Shown here piece after piece: positions 62,948 through 64,000 of a DNA stretch of 64,000 nucleotides. The stretch comes from Lama guanicoe (lineage: Eukaryota): positions 9,445,231 through 9,509,230 of the forward strand of contig MU054187.1 in assembly GCA_013239625.1 (NCBI GenBank), read 5' to 3'. The notes below the pieces were generated by a model. That model worked only from the letters and a program-made list of their open reading frames with translations. It was not told the DNA's origin and searched no databases. Position 1 is the stretch's first letter. Each line of letters begins with the position of its first letter. The translations under genes were made by a program, and so were the position numbers.

Positions 62948-64000
62948 TACTTTACCCTCCTTATATTGAAATTCTCTGACTAGCTTTCTCTGAAGCAACA
63001 CCAAACTATGAAACAAAACTGCCCCAATTTTGTTATCTGAGTTAACTCTGAAGCTTTCTTTAAAACTTTTCTATAATTGTAACAATCAAAGAACATCATC
63101 AGTCCTAGATCTTGGGACGGGAAAGATACAGATAAAGCCAGTCCACCCTCATCTTTCATTCCCAGACTTGACTATATAAATATAAATATTTTTACAAATA
63201 TCTTTAGAATATATCTTCTATCTTCTTCCCTATGGGACATTTTTCCAGAATAACCAACAAATAGTAAAATGGACTATACTCTGCTCATTCTCTACCCTAC
63301 CTTTCAATTCTCAAAGAATTTTAACAGTAAGGAAAAAAAAGAAAAGAAAAAAGAAAAGCATCATGAATAACTTAGGAAACAACAATCATCCTCCACGTTA
63401 TTAAAACCTGATTAGCACTTGAGTAGTCACGGTCTCCTTGCGAACACAGGAAGCTGTCTCACTACGTGGAGTCATACAACAGCCTAGGAAATGAGATAAA
63501 TGACTCAGGAAGAGGGGGAGGTTTGTAAAGTGGATGTATCAGTCAAAAACTTTAATCAACAATCAGGAGAGAAAGTACTTTATAAGAAGTTAATATTGGA
63601 ACATCTGAAGAAGAGCATAGCTTTTTAACAATAGGATCACAGAGCTGAATCGTAAAGGCCACCCAGTTAAAACTCTTCATTTTCCAGATGAATAAACTGA
63701 AGCCTGAAACCTAAACTATATCTCCTTTGAAAGCCACAGGCTTTCCAGAGAAGGGAACCCGGGACCCACCACAAGAAGGCAGCTTCCCCATCTGAAATCC
63801 AAACTGTCTTGGATAATAAGACAATTGAAATAAATACTGGAAAATGCCAGGAACGTTATTTATACATTCTAAATAGTAAGTCCTAGTTAGGCCTTGGGGA
63901 AGAGTACACACACCACAAGCAATTGGATCTTCTGCATTACCAAGTGCTCAGGGAGCCAGGTGAGACCGCGGTGCACTCTTGGGATACTGACAAGGATGCA

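Noticed and set aside
1..64000. A novel multi-gene or defence-type biological system
   Set aside because: No intact genes, operon structure or non-repeat ORF with recognisable domains; the content is consistent with mammalian intronic or intergenic DNA

Overview
This is mammalian non-coding DNA, very probably from a camelid (alpaca/vicuna/camel): two copies of a tRNA-Ala-derived SINE of the camelid Vic-1 type sit at 39781-39890 and 48961-49081. I found no recognisable protein-coding exon, RNA gene or prokaryotic-type system. The ORF track is explained by chance ORFs, an 838-N gap and L1 remnants. The window is dense in old eutherian repeats (MIR, L2, L3/CR1, L1M, MLT1, MER21, MER34-like and other ERV LTRs, MER82, MER53, Tigger1 and Charlie derivatives) plus younger cetartiodactyl L1 3' ends. 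L1 copies lie mostly on the + strand and several good splice signals lie on the - strand, which suggests an intron-rich part of an unidentified minus-strand transcription unit. The most distinctive structures are: (1) a young ~1.88-kb tandem duplication (4210-7513) whose second copy lacks 304 bp and 5 bp, with single untemplated A bases at two junctions; (2) a SINE-L1 chimeric insertion inside one target-site duplication (48950-49190); (3) a SINE copy lacking its anticodon arm; (4) a MER53-derived 30-bp hairpin whose arms appear to share derived changes; (5) several candidate regulatory clusters. Repeat family names come from my recollection of consensus sequences and need RepeatMasker/Dfam confirmation. 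Boundaries of old repeats are approximate.
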